From Rotaria socialis (taxonomy: Eukaryota): a stretch of DNA of 64,000 bases. The first letter of the stretch is position 1, and every line of letters starts with the position of its first letter. The DNA lies in the NCBI GenBank assembly GCA_905331295.1, contig CAJNYD010000132.1, positions 198,863 through 262,862 on the forward strand, given 5' to 3'. Below the pieces are notes generated by a model. It was not told where the DNA came from, did not search any database, and saw nothing but the letters and a program-made list of their open reading frames with translations. This document shows, in pieces, positions 32,501 through 45,429 of this stretch. A program made the translations under genes and the position numbers.

Positions 32501-33374
32501 ATAGGCGTATTACATTTAAGTTCATTCACTTCACGTTCTCTTGAACTGCATTGACGTAATTTACATTGACTTGCGTCTTTTGGCATCGGACATGACATTC
32601 GTGGAAACCAACTTGACGTTTGACATGGTAAATTAAAAAAATGCATACCTGTTTCTCGCAAAACTTTAGGATAAAGTCTTTTAGTAAATACAGAAGTTCC
32701 ATCTGAGAAATAAAATTATTCGTAGATGCCTTTTTTTTTATAAAACAAAAACAAAAACAGTATATACCTTGAATAAATACATAGACGGATGTTTCAGATC
32801 GTTGACCATTAGTGATTTCTGAACACGTATAACGTCCAACAAGTTCGGTACGAAATTTCTCTCTTCTTAATGTAGCAGTGATTGTATAAGTGTTATTATT
32901 CATATCAAGAGATAAGTGCTATTCGGAGAAAAAAAAATCAATATTAATCATTTATCAATGGTAATTTTGATTTTTTTCATAGAAAAGATTATTATTATTT
33001 TAGGCAAAAATACTTGCAGATTTGATTTTTTATTACAAACTAAAGTACGAGCTTACGTCATTTGCTACTGCAGGAATAGTAAAATTGAGAGTATTTGTCG
33101 TTCCTTTACATTGCAGAAAAAATGACAGTCGACCTTGTAACGCATCGGCATGAAATTGAATTTCACGAGGAACAAGATAGTATCGGAAAATTCGATCAAC
33201 TGAATCAAGATCTGTACGTATACGCTCTGTAATATGTCCACTCGGTGGATATTCAATTTGAACACCTTGAAATAAATAAGAAAAGTTAATTTAATTCAAG
33301 ATTGATTCATTTATTTTGTTACTTTGGACGTGAGAATCAGTTAAGTAGATAATGAGTAATAATGTTCGTAACAT
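26524..33374 (-). CDS. Ig-domain receptor tyrosine kinase, divergent VEGFR/PDGFR (Pvr)-like
   Basis: Signal peptide MLRTLLLIIYL (ATG 33374). Several Ig domains (GRYTC, CSYDGQPKPKVTWLKD..DTGFYTC). TM helix LIAVFVILSACVILILLILLIVLLV at ~29390-29460. Kinase LGHGQYGIV, VAAK, DEIKVMHKAGKHVNIVSLL, short insert, HCDIAARNVLV, KICDFG, KSDVWSFG. Pro/Tyr-rich tail. Confidence 0.88.
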
Positions 33375-33647
33375 GATCCTGCATAAAATATAATCGATCA
33401 AAACAAAATAACGTTGAGTATTAAAAACCGCTACCGTAAGTAGGAGGAAAAAATGATTCACTCTTTTCGAGTTGCAAATCAGGATTAAAATTATACCTGA
33501 CATCTAGGGGCCTTTACAATAATTCGTTAATGTTACAACGTATGAAAGGTGGCACATGCATGTAGGTAATAAAAAAAGTGTGAGTTCGTTGTTCTTGTAT
33601 ATATGTTGACTTTAAATTACCAGTAAAGGAGACCAGCATAAGACGAA
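33375..33647. promoter_or_regulatory. Compact divergent promoter shared by the RTK and Wntless
   Basis: Only 273 bp separate the opposed start codons. Contains CTCF-like TGACATCTAGGGG at 33498-33510. Confidence 0.55.
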
Positions 33648-36600
33648 ATGGTTTATCTTGTTGTATTAGAAAAATTCTCAAGAAGAAAACTTCTAATATT
33701 CCTTATTATTCTACTGATTATTCAAATAATCTACTTTCTTCTTGGTGGTCTCAATGGTTTGTAACAAGAAGAAAAAACTTACATTTTCATTTTTAAATTA
33801 ATGTTTTCGTTGTCTCTTAGGAACAAAACCAACATATGCTACTCTTCATGAATTTACTTTATGCCAATCTAAAGTCGATCGTCAATGGATTTATGATAGT
33901 CCAGAAAAAAATTGTAATGAAGAACATCTCGAATTTGAGCGCGTATGATTTAATTTAAACTAAAAGGAATATTATTTCTTATTTTCATATTTCCATAGGA
34001 AAAAAGTTGGAAAGATTTTGTCTATATCATTCAATTACCACGTATTACACGATGGTTTCAAACATTAACATCAATCATTGTACCACGTATCGAATATGAT
34101 TCGCGGGTTAATTTGAGTAAGTTCAGTTGTCTCTTTCTCTTTGAATTATTGAATTTAATTTTTAAGGTGCAAATGCAATCTTAACATATAATGTTCGGCT
34201 TGGTTATAAAACTGATCAAATGTTTAAAGATTTGAATTCCGAATGGCAATTAGTCGCTGAATCGCAAGAATCTCGTTCTATCCAATGCCGGCCAATATTT
34301 CATTATGGAACCAAAAATAAAGTATTTTTTGCTATTTATTTAACAAAACGTTGCATCTTTCCTTTTTACTTAAGCATATACCTGATGGATACACATGCGA
34401 ACCATTAGCTTTTCTGGAATTATCTACATTGAAATACCCATACTATTTAATTAATTTACAAATAGTTGATAAAAATGGTCTGTCGCAAGATATTGGTAAA
34501 CTTAAATCATTTGACTTCGTTGTTAGTATTAACGTTTAGTTTAAAATTTTGAAAAGCAAATGTTAACATTTAGGGTATTCATCAAACAGAAAAGTTTACG
34601 AAATTATGGTATACATTGAAAACAATGACATTTCCTATTGTTCTTGCCAGTCTCATTTGGTTTTGTCGACAAATGAAACGTGCACAAAAAACTTATACAA
34701 ATCTTGACAAGTAATTATTTCACTTGAATTAATTGATATCAGAATGAAAAAAAAAGTACAAAGTAAGATAAGAAAAGATTAGATATCTCTGTTCCAAAAT
34801 GCAAGTTTTGGCCTGTGTTCTACATTGAAATTTCTCTTTGTAAATATTTTCTGGTTATGAGAGGCCCTGCTCAAAACCCTATTTACTTAAAACTTTCCAA
34901 AATACAAGAAACTATAACAAAAGTATTCTAAATTTTGTTTCAACAGTACGATCTACTTTTTGCTTTGAACCGAACATTAGCGGTGATGTGTGGAGAAATT
35001 GTGTCTACTCTTATTTAGAAAATCGAAAATGATGACCTACATAATATTCTGATAATGTTATAACTTGGTAGAAACTCGATTGGAATGAGCGTTTTTGATA
35101 GTATATTGATTGAATTATCAATTTTATTTGCGGATTATTTTCTTGTACAAAATAATAAAAATATTTGAAAGATGTTTCCGTGGAAAACTTTTAGTCGAAT
35201 AAGTAGAGTTTGCGAGACACTGATATGATATGTAATTTCAACATGGGATGATAAAATTTCGAAATGTTGAAAGTGATAAAGAATGAATAACGCTAAATTC
35301 CATGTATTTTTCATACCGTGTGCATTTTGCCTAGGTGAAAACAAACACGATTCTATAGCCCTACGTTTATTAGGTTGTCTGTCGAAAGTTGTTGCACTGT
35401 TTTGCGTTTCTTTAAATAGCTAGTGATGTTTATCACAAGTAAAAACTATGACTATGGTTTTCGATAAAAAAAAACAATAAGAAGGCAGATATCCTACGGT
35501 CAGGGTGAGAAAGAAAGTGATGTCATATGTAGTTCTTTCTAATTGACACTCCTGGTACAATAGAAAATGAGAATGAACTAGTGGTAGATATATACAAAAA
35601 CCAAACAACCAATACTCGATAGTAGCCCGAGTGCGTACGTTAACATCTTGCATTTTTCCTATCGTAAAAAGTATGAATATCAACACTTATTGAGTTATCT
35701 CTGGTGAGAAACTTACCCAATATTGAGCAACTCTTTTATGTAAATATTATTGGTCGATCGCAAAGGTGTCGGCCTCGGAAAAGAGCCTGTGCTCTTCGTT
35801 AAACTTATGTATTCACCTGTATACAATTATTTTCAAGTTGAAAAATACTTTCAGTCATTCCTAAAATGCAGCATAAAAATCTATTTATAATTCATTACTG
35901 TTTACTTAACAGTGCAATATAAGATATGAATATTTCATTTAGATTAATATTCTTACTTGGCCTATCAGCATGTATACTCAATGGTTAGTTTTATCAAAGC
36001 AATTTCACAGTTTGAATGTGATAAATTTTATCATTTTGTTTTTAGCTCCCATAGAATGGTTAACACTTGTAATGCCTTTCAATGGTTTTCAAATCTACAG
36101 TGAAATTCGCCAAGGATTTTTTCTTACTGTTCTTTTGACTTTCTGGCTATTCTTTGCTGGTGAACATGTTGTTGTGAGCAGTTCTATCTGTCGTCAAATT
36201 GATCTGTATCTTCATTATATTTTGCATAGGATAAAAGTGCTAATCATGGTTTATTTTCATATGGAAAATATATTGTTTTACTTTGGTTTGCTTCATGCAC
36301 TTTACTCATTTTTGAATTATGTGAACGGTACAAATCAATAACAAGCTATTACTTTATCTATTATTATCCTGATTGCTTTTTTTTTCTAGAGGATTTCAAC
36401 TTTGGAATCCATTTCATTCAATATGGTCTACACGTGTTGGCCGTAATGTCAGTTTAACGTTTCTTATACTTGCTGGTTTATCCAGTTTTACCTATATTAT
36501 TTGTCTTACTGTGCTTGTTGTACGTGTTTTCTGGAATATTCGTAGTAAACAAGGTGAACTTGCAGCAATGCGCCGTATTCGACGCTTGATATATCAGGTC

Positions 36601-37104
36601 TGTTGAATGAAATTATTTTAAAAAAGTATCAACATTAATACTTGATTTGTAATATGAAGGGAGCATTTTATCGATTTCAATTTATGTTATTAACAACGAT
36701 ACTCTGTGCTATAATTACAATTGTTTCATATTATCTAAGTCAACTTGATGAAACATACTGGGTTTGGAATACAGAAAAACCAGCTAAAATTCAATATTCA
36801 GGAGCATTTATAACTGGTAAAAGAAAAACAAAGCTGATTTAATTGATATTTTTTAAATTTCATTTGTAGGAGTCTATGGTATGTTGAATATATATGTTTT
36901 TGCTATTTTGGTACTTTTCTCACCAGTAATCTCAAATGTAGATGATATGGATGAATTAAGTAAGTGAACGAAAATAAAGTGAACATGTAGTGAAAAAAGA
37001 ATTTTGATCTTTTAGCATTGGCCAGTGATGATGGGAATGTTATGCATTTAACTAATAATCAAACATCTGCTTATCAAATGATTAGTAAAGCAGCTATCAG
37101 TTAA
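33648..37104 (+). CDS. WLS: Wntless (WLS/GPR177/MIG-14) Wnt secretion factor, multi-exon
   Basis: MVYLVVLEKFSRRKLLIFLIILLIIQIIYFLLGGL, YTCEPLAFLELSTLKYPYYLINL, IHQTEKFTKLW, PIEWLTL, SEIRQGFF..FWLFFAGEH, CERGFQLWNPFHSIWS, YQGAFYRFQFML, GVYGMLNIYV. Confidence 0.95.
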
Positions 37105-38257
37105 AAAATTATTAACGATTTTTGTGTAATAAATAGAGTCAAATAGTTTGTTTTGTAAAATACTCAGCGATCTCGCAACTTTCTGTTTCTTGAAGATCTG
37201 CTTTCTTTTTGTACTAGTCCATTTTGTATAACAATATTCATATAGATTTTGTTATGTTATTAGGAATTATTCATTTATGACGTTCATACCTTTGTGGATT
37301 TTTGTTTTTTTTTTGTCTACATAATTCTCAGTTTGAAAAATTATTAAAATATCGAAATCATTTGTTTTTACGAAAAAATAACTTGATCGGTTTTCCCCGA
37401 AGCTGCGCCATTCAATGGTCTGAATACTTTGATAAAAAGTAAAAAATCAGATAAACAATACTACAAACGTTCGATATGCCGAGCTCTTTCAAACACAAAC
37501 ACCAGGAATTATTTTCATTGGAGTTTGAATTAACAAGAAAAATTATTAGCAATCTTACAGCACTTGGAAAGTTCTATTTTCGGACTGCATTAATAAAAAG
37601 TTTGGCACACAATTAAATGATTTCTATGATCTAAATTATTTGCAAACCACAATTTCTAATAAACATTGCCAATTTGAACAGAGCTGTTTATTTCGTTGAA
37701 TACGATGATGCTCAAAAAGTTGTACGACTGAATATCGTGAGAAAGAGAGGCCACTTCGACTCTCGCCTTGATTTATACTACAGCAATATCTTACATTTTT
37801 CGTATTTGGAAAAAGATACTGAATAATTTTTTAAAACAACTTCAAAGAATTGCACATTTCAGATTTTTTATGTTGATACTTTTCATCGAAAATTTTGATT
37901 CATTTTTTTGTAGAGAATTAAATGGAGAGTTTACGAGGAAAAAAGATGAAGACATACCGATGAAATTTAGTCATCGATATTGAAAGGATTATTTTGAATT
38001 TTCTCGGATGTCATGCAAAAATTTTACCTGCAACTATAGTGAAATGTTCTTTTTTGTCTTTTTAAGTAAAAGATGTATTAAAAATTGACTACTTAAAAAT
38101 ATCATTCTCAAATAGAAAAGTCATTTATTTGTACAATTACGAATTTAATTACAACTAGACTGTCTTATTAATTTACAGAAAATACTATGACGTGATTTAG
38201 GAGTATTTTTCTACAAGTTTTCATTTTGCGTTTATATATATCTATTTTTTCTTCAAG

Positions 38258-41200
38258 ATGATAAATGATACGAGTGATACTTCTGTGGATATTGATAAAG
38301 AACTTTATCCCGCTCTGATTCAATGCTTCTTTATAATTGCTGTCGGTTATGTTGCTGGTCAACTAAATTTATTGACACGCACACAATCGACAGGTCTTTC
38401 ACGTTATATCAGTAACTTCGCTTTACCTGCTGTAGTATTTAAAAATCTCGTTGACTTACAATTTGAAAGAGTATCATGGCAATTTATTACATCTGTACTT
38501 GTTGCTAAAACAATTGTTTTTCTCTTGACAGCACTTTTAACTGGTATAGGTGAACGTCCGAGGAATTTTGCAAGCATGGGTTTACACGCAATAATGGCAT
38601 CGCAAAGTAATGATTTCGCATTGATTCTACCCATAATTGATGCTGTATACAGCCAATCACATCCAGATTATGGACGGTATATATATCTATTAGCTCCAAT
38701 ATCTTTAGTCATACTGAATCCAATCGGTTTGCTTCTAATTGAAATACAGAAACGTTTAGATGATCAAAAAAAGCATCCTAACATATCTATATGGCATCGT
38801 TGCCAACTAATTAGAAAAATATTTAGTAATATAAGTCGCAATCCAATTGTGATATGTACATTACTTGGCGTTGTCTTTAATCGAATATTCAACGAACATT
38901 TACCGAATATCATTGAACATATATTAACACCAGTGGCACAATCCTTTAGCGCAACGGCATTATTTTATCTCGGTTTAACAATGGCTGGTAAATTACGTCG
39001 TCTGCATACACATCTTGTTGTAACCGTATTTGCTCTGAGTATGATTAAATTAATTTTATTTCCATTAATATTACGTCAAGCCGTCTTTCTATTTGTTAAA
39101 TCAACGAAAGGAACTTTAAATAATACAATTGATTTTTCAAATTTCGGTTTTCTATATGGAACAGCACCAACTGCACCATCAGTTATATTTTATGTACCTG
39201 AATCAAATGCTGCATTACAAACGATTGCTTCAACGGGTCTAATTTTTTCCACTTTACTTTCGATACCAATAATGCTTGTATCAGCGAAAATGATTAATTT
39301 AAGAACATTAGATATAAAACTGAAACAAACATATGAATCAATGCTAATAAAAACATCGTATGATGTTAGTATGATATCATTACTTTGTACGATTATTGTT
39401 CTTGTTGGATTTTCTTTACGATATCGTCTATTAAGAAGGTCACCTATTCATAAATATACATTTATTTTCGTTGGCCTACAAATGATATATGCTATTTGGA
39501 CAATATCAATTCAATATGTGCAACTACCTATATCGGGAACAGCTTCAATAATAGTTGATACAGGTAAAAGAAAAACGACAGCAAGCTTTATGCAAAATTC
39601 AAGAGTCATTTTTATGATTCAAATTCAAATTCTTGTGTAAACATAAACATTCATAAGGAAATTTTTCGAATAGAGAAATATTCATCTGCAATGTAGATTT
39701 TTGCTTTTCATACGTATCAAATTACAACCGTTTATGCTCTGATCCTATGAGGCATATATGCATGAATTAGTGTTTAACTGGATTATTCAAATGTATCGTT
39801 TTTTTCTCTCCAAACAAATATGTCATGCGAGAAGATTTCTAGACAAAAGTTATACAACATAAATAATTTTAAACGATCATTCTGTGCAAATACAATCCAA
39901 AATAAAGATAGTTGAAATATAGAAGTACAAATTTAGATCATACAGAGTGTGGTACATGTTGTTAGTATAAGATAAAAACTCCTATATATGCACTACACCC
40001 ATGTTTCGTTCTTACAAAATTCAGTAAAAAATGGTTGAAAAAACTTTCCTAACATAGTTCGGCTAAGTCAATTATTGTCTGATTAGTTAACACAATTACA
40101 TCGGTTTCCACTTCCAGGTATTCTGTGAAATATATAAGTAATTTAATTACATATGTCATGCGTAGATCAACACAAGTCAACAGTGACATATTAGAAAATC
40201 TACACATGCCATTCAGTTTGGAATTTATTATTATTTTTTCTCTTATGGTCTTGAATTAAATTACTATGTACTTCAACACGCACATGCATTATCACGTGAA
40301 ATTTTTCATTCGTTTTAGGTAGTATTCTACTAGCTCTAACAACGCGTTCGTGGGCAACAAGTATTTCAATTGCTTTGATGATATCATTTTGTTATTCAAA
40401 CGAACGTGCTCATTATTTTTTCTGGTTATATCATTTATTTGGTTGGCTTGTTCCTATTTGTACCACTCTTATAATATATTATCAATCGTCCATCGATCGA
40501 TCAAGAAGCGAATCGTCGATGGATACAGAAAAATTTGGAACTGTTCAAACTAGTGCTTCAGTCTGTTTACTTGCTATATGTATTATAATTACTTCTTCAA
40601 ATCTTCTTCGAATTGCTCGGCGTACATATCGATTAAAACAAAATGCAAGTGAAACTCAACCATTAATTAATGAGGGAAGTGAATATACGGACAGTCAAAC
40701 AACACTACGATCACTTTCTATAGGTATTTAATTATTTAAACTAATTGAGTTTTTCTTTTTTTTTATTTGAAAACATAATTGTAGATCTAAAACCATCCGA
40801 ATACAGTACACAATGGCTTCGCCATTCAGTACTTGTAGGCCTATTGAATATAAATGCTTTTGTTGTAAGTTTAAGTGTTCAATCAATAGACTTAAGTCTT
40901 GTATTTAATTTTACTTTACTTTTAGTGTATATCGGTTTTATTATGGTCCTTATTAACAAGAAATCGTGATGGTGTTTATTATGAATTACAATTTCTTGAC
41001 ACTGTTCTATTACATGGACAAGTAAAAACGATAACTTGAAAATTTCCTTTTTAATTTCTATTTGAATTTGTTTCGCATCTTTAGGGCATCATTACATTTC
41101 TTGTTTTTGCGCTTGATGCTGATTTATTATTACCTATAAGTCGAAAGTATGATTTCATTGAATAGTATATATGAACTTTTTACATTGTCTTTTTTTTTAT

Positions 41201-41620
41201 AGAATTATTAAATTATTGAATCGTTTTGGTTTAAAAATAGAGTTTTCTCGAAATCATACTCATTGTCGACATTCAGAAAATGAGAGACCATTAGATTTTA
41301 CCGAAAAAATTCGATCAAATTTTATTCGATATTCCATACGAACACAAAGGTAGACAATTTACTATTAGAATAATTAAATTTCAAGTTTTATTTTCTTTTT
41401 CACTTTCAGTGCAAGTGGTTCTGTGGAAAACATTGAAACAACATTTAATGAGAATGAGTTTTGTCAATGGCTTGTAACAAACGGTCATATGGAAAATGAA
41501 TCAATAGCTCATGACTATTGTCAAGAATTGGTGAATAAAAGACAAATAATTTGTATTGATCGCACAGAAAATGAAAATAGTCAAGAATTCGATAATCATT
41601 GGTATGCCTTTTCCAAATAG
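38258..41620 (+). CDS. GPR155: GPR155/LYCHOS lysosomal cholesterol sensor (PIN-like transporter + GPCR-like + DEP domains)
   Basis: LYPALIQCFFIIAVGYVAG, FALPA.VFKNL, SQSNDFAL, YLLAPISLVILNPIG, FGFLYGTAPTAP, GWLVP, and a C-terminal DEP-like exon EFCQWLV..YCQELV..WYAF. Confidence 0.93.
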
Positions 41621-42036
41621 AATCAAACAAATAGAAGTTTGATTGCAATTTATTTTTTTAATATTATTTTTAAGCTTTGTAATTCGTTTTTCTTTAATCA
41701 GATACGATGAAATAATGTATTATATTTTATTTTCTGTTTTTTTTTGCTTTGATTTCATTTTTTTTTGTATAAAATCCTTGATATTATTCATGTTCCATTT
41801 CTTGTACAAATATGATGTCGGCAGAAAAAAAAAATTTGTCAAGATGACGTTAAACACTTTTTTCTTTGTGTTCTATATCGTCGCGATAGCGATTTTGAAA
41901 AACAACTCGAGTCTTATAGTTCTTCATTCTAATGCTAATATAAATCTTTTTTTTAAATCAGTATAAGTATAATAACTAGGCCGAACAAGTACTGTATTTA
42001 TGTAATCAGTAAATTGGATGGAAGAAAAGAAGCATA

Positions 42037-43033
42037 CAGTAAAACCTTCCTTGAATGGGCGCCCACGGGACTTTTTAAAATCGCCCATCTTACGGAGGTG
42101 CCCGTACTATAGAGTTATTTTTAATATATACTGATTACTGATGTTTTCACAAGCAACATAATAGACAGCACCGACACTTATATATACAATCGGTATTTAT
42201 ATCTTGAATAGTGTCCAATATTTTAGTTTAATTTATTTGATTAGTTTTTTATTTAACTTTATTTTCTATCATCATATTTACAGTCAAGCTTTTCGAACGA
42301 AATCTGTAATTGAACTTTGCCGGTTAGTTTTTGATTCGATGTAGGCATCAGGAAGTTTTGATTCCAGATTAGTGGCGAATTGATGAAGTTCCGAGTGGCG
42401 AGTAGACGCAAGTAGATGGAGCTTTCGAACCATTTCAAGTGCATCAATGAGCGAAGGAGATTGGGTGAGGGTGAGGGTGAGGGTGTGGGTGTAAGACGTG
42501 ATTTCATAAAAGAAGTGCATCCACACCCACACCCTCGATACCTTGTATCTCTCATATAGCTTGCGTTGTGATAGCCCAGCTCCATCACCGTAGTCATTGA
42601 TCAATTCAATCTTCTTATCAAGAGTAAGGTAATGGCACGACGTCATTTTTCAAATGATATGAATATGTAATGTAAGAAAAACAATAGTATTTATACTCTT
42701 ATTATCATTGACTGAACAATGAGAAGTGTATAGATGAGTTGTTCTTTTTGTTCAATCGGACTAGCTTTTCTTTTTCTTTCTCTTCGAACAGCAAGGAGAG
42801 ATGAGACGAGAAGAAAAAATAACATTCTACGTATTATAACATTCACTATATCTGCCCATGTGAAAGAGGTAAATGTACACTATGGACTGAAAAAACAATG
42901 CCCATTATTCGAGGTTGGAGGTGTCCTTGTTAGAGAGACTCATACTCAGCAAAATTGATTGGTCGTTCCGCCCAGTGCCCATATAAGTGAGGTGCCCTTG
43001 TTATAGGGGTGCCCATGTAAAGAGGTTTTACTG
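42037..43033 (-). mobile_element. Internally deleted pogo/Tigger-family DNA transposon
   Basis: TIRs CAGTAAAACCT.. / ..AGGTTTTACTG flanked by TA on both sides (42035-36, 43034-35). GTGCCCA..GAGG subterminal repeats. Internal ORF has Tigger-like ends. Confidence 0.9.
42284..42646 (-). CDS. 120-aa deleted transposase: psq/CENP-B-type HTH start fused in frame to a Tigger-like C-terminus
   Basis: LTLDKKIELI...LSQRKLYERYKVS (HTH) and C-terminal RQSSITDF (PIP-box-like). The DDE domain is absent. Confidence 0.6.
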   Translation of the reverse strand: MTSCHYLTLDKKIELINDYGDGAGLSQRKLYERYKVSRVWVWMHFFYEITSYTHTLTLTLTQSPSLIDALEMVRKLHLLASTRHSELHQFATNLESKLPDAYIESKTNRQSSITDFVRKA

Positions 43034-44853
43034 TATATGTAAGGTAGTCATTAGAAAATTGGAAAAACTATGAAAACTATTTAGCTCATACTATATATAC
43101 GTATGCTAATGAATGTTGATGTAATGTCAGTATTTTTCTCTAAGAATTATACAACCGATAACAAGAAACAGTAATGAAAAGCATTTTGGTTTTGTGAAAA
43201 ATCAATATTATAATTGAATAGTGAAATACTTCCTGCCTTAGAAGAAACAGGAAAATTTTTATAGATTTTATCACTTGGTAAAAAAGTAAGAGTATAAGTT
43301 TTATTTCTTTTAAATTACGACTATTTTCAAAACAACATGTTTTGTCGTATTTGATTTTCTCGTATAGTAACAAAATAGTTTAATGAAATCAATTAAAATG
43401 ACGTAGATAGAAAAACTAATTTCTCATCAAGTAAGAATTAAGTGAGAAAAATATTTCGACTCCTTTATGACATCAATTATCATTGAAAAAATGTTATGAT
43501 ATGGTAGAGAATAGTTCAAGATTTCTTTCATATTCCTATGTATACATTGCATTGTTCTAGAAGGTTTTGTTGTAAATACTATAAATATACATATATATAT
43601 ATATATATATACTAATACAATAAGTCGAGACTTTACACGATAATAATCAGATCTACATTGTTTTCAGTCTATGACATATTTATAATCTTTTCTATCAGCA
43701 TTGATAAATATTCGTTTTCAAACTGCATTTTTACGTATCTTGGTACTAAAAACTCAAATAAACATAATTGTATGGCAAAATTGACTCTGCATATGTAATC
43801 CAATACAAAATAAGAAGCAAATAAATCGTTTATTTAATCCGTAAGTGAATAAATACTATCGATCTAGGTGTGAATAACATAGAAAAATATTTTGTATATA
43901 CCATGCAAATATGAGTTCATTCGATATTGCAGGGAAAACATGTTTATCAACAACAAGCATACGTTAATGAAATAATAGAAAAACATGATTTTTTAGCATA
44001 CTGATCGGAATCTTAATGAATTCTGGTTAAGAACTATGAAAAAATATTTCTTTTATTGTGTTCTTTCATCGCTTGAGTTATTTATTAATCGTACTTAGAT
44101 TGATGTGTCGAATTATATGGTATATTGACTGTTGTTTATTGTTAGCATACTGCATCTGATATACCAAAACCTTGAAACTGTAAGTAGCACATATTGACGA
44201 TTCTGACAACGACTAATAATCTTACGGCAGAGAATAATAACGAGTAAAAGTCAATGTGTCTTGGGTCTATTTATTTTTCTGGGCTTTCCGAATATTTTCT
44301 AACAGAAGCAATGTTTGCAACACATGATAATACACTCGTAAATATAACACAATGTGATGATATGCAAATTGTGAAACTGCTACCAAGGAAAAGATGACAC
44401 AGGAGGATAGAATATATGAAGATATGGTTTTCGAATCTCATCTATTTTAAATATTACATAATGATGAAACAAGAATGTTGCCTATCTAGCTTTCAAGTTT
44501 CACTTGTCAACTCTTTTAAGTCGTATGCATAGTGAATTTTCAGATGAAAATATTAGTAATTAGTGTTTTAAAATAGCATTCATGAATTTTCTATGCATCA
44601 TATACACCTGCTATATAACAATCAAGCATAAGAAAAGATACTTGAGAAATGTCAATGTTAGCTTCTTCTTACTTCGAAGCCTCTTTTTAATCATTATGAT
44701 AGAAACGTGAAAGGTTATCATACGCTCACATACGCAAAGAGAAATGTTAAATGTTTAGTTGTGCTTCTGCCGCTGTGTATTTTTTTCCTTCATTTCATCA
44801 TCCTCGAGTTATTGATCTATTCATAGATATCTTGATTCTATGCTTGTATGTAA

Positions 44854-45429
44854 AGAATGCGTGTACTCAAGAAGAACTGTCTTTTTGTAAGATCGTGTTT
44901 GAATCGTAATATCTTTGTGAAATGGTGAGCAAATGAGCTCAAATTTTGCAGCGAAGTAGAAAAAATTCTTTTCTATCTGTTGGTGAAAGAAGTTTTGAAA
45001 AAGTTGAGAAATGGTCGAGTTATGAGCGGTAGTTTTCAGTCATCTGGTGTCGTTCTAAATAAACGCACTTTCTTCAATAGGAACGATAATGCAAAAATTG
45101 TCCCCAAGTAGAACACACCAGCAAAAATTCATTTTAATAACGTTATTAAAATGAATTTTTGCTGGTGTGTTCTACTTGGGGACAATTTTTGCATTATCGT
45201 TCCTATTGAAGAAAGTGCGTTTATTTAGAACGACACCAGATGACTGAAAACTACCGCTCATAACTCGACCATTTCTCAACTTTTTCAAAACTTCTTTCAC
45301 CAACAGATAGAAAAGAATTTTTTCTACTTCGCTGCAAAATTTGAGCTCATTTGCTCACCATTTCACAAAGATATTACGATTCAAACACGATCTTACAAAA
45401 AGACAGTTCTTCTTGAGTACACGCATTCT
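44854..45429. repeat. 576-bp spacerless palindrome (foldback/MITE-like element)
   Basis: Two 288-bp arms are reverse complements, with no mismatch found by eye. Centre is ..TTTTAATAAC|GTTATTAAAA.. at 45141/45142. TA dinucleotides lie symmetrically outside (44851-52, 45431-32) after one A/A mismatch. Confidence 0.95.

Noticed and set aside
35368..35614. Mariner-like TIR pair (TATTAGGTTGTC.. / ..AAACAACCAATA) in a Wntless intron
   Set aside because: The match is too short and degenerate to call without a repeat library.
41643..41966. Phe/Ile-rich ORFs here and in many introns, UTRs and antisense strands
   Set aside because: They are compositional artefacts of T-rich non-coding DNA or shadows of real exons.
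42259..42597. 112-aa ORF overlapping the mini-transposase
   Set aside because: It is an alternative frame of the same element; its GCGCGC/TPSPSP content comes from the hexamer repeats.
43700..44560. Exon-like segments with GTAAGT donors
   Set aside because: All frames contain stops and no protein family could be recognised.
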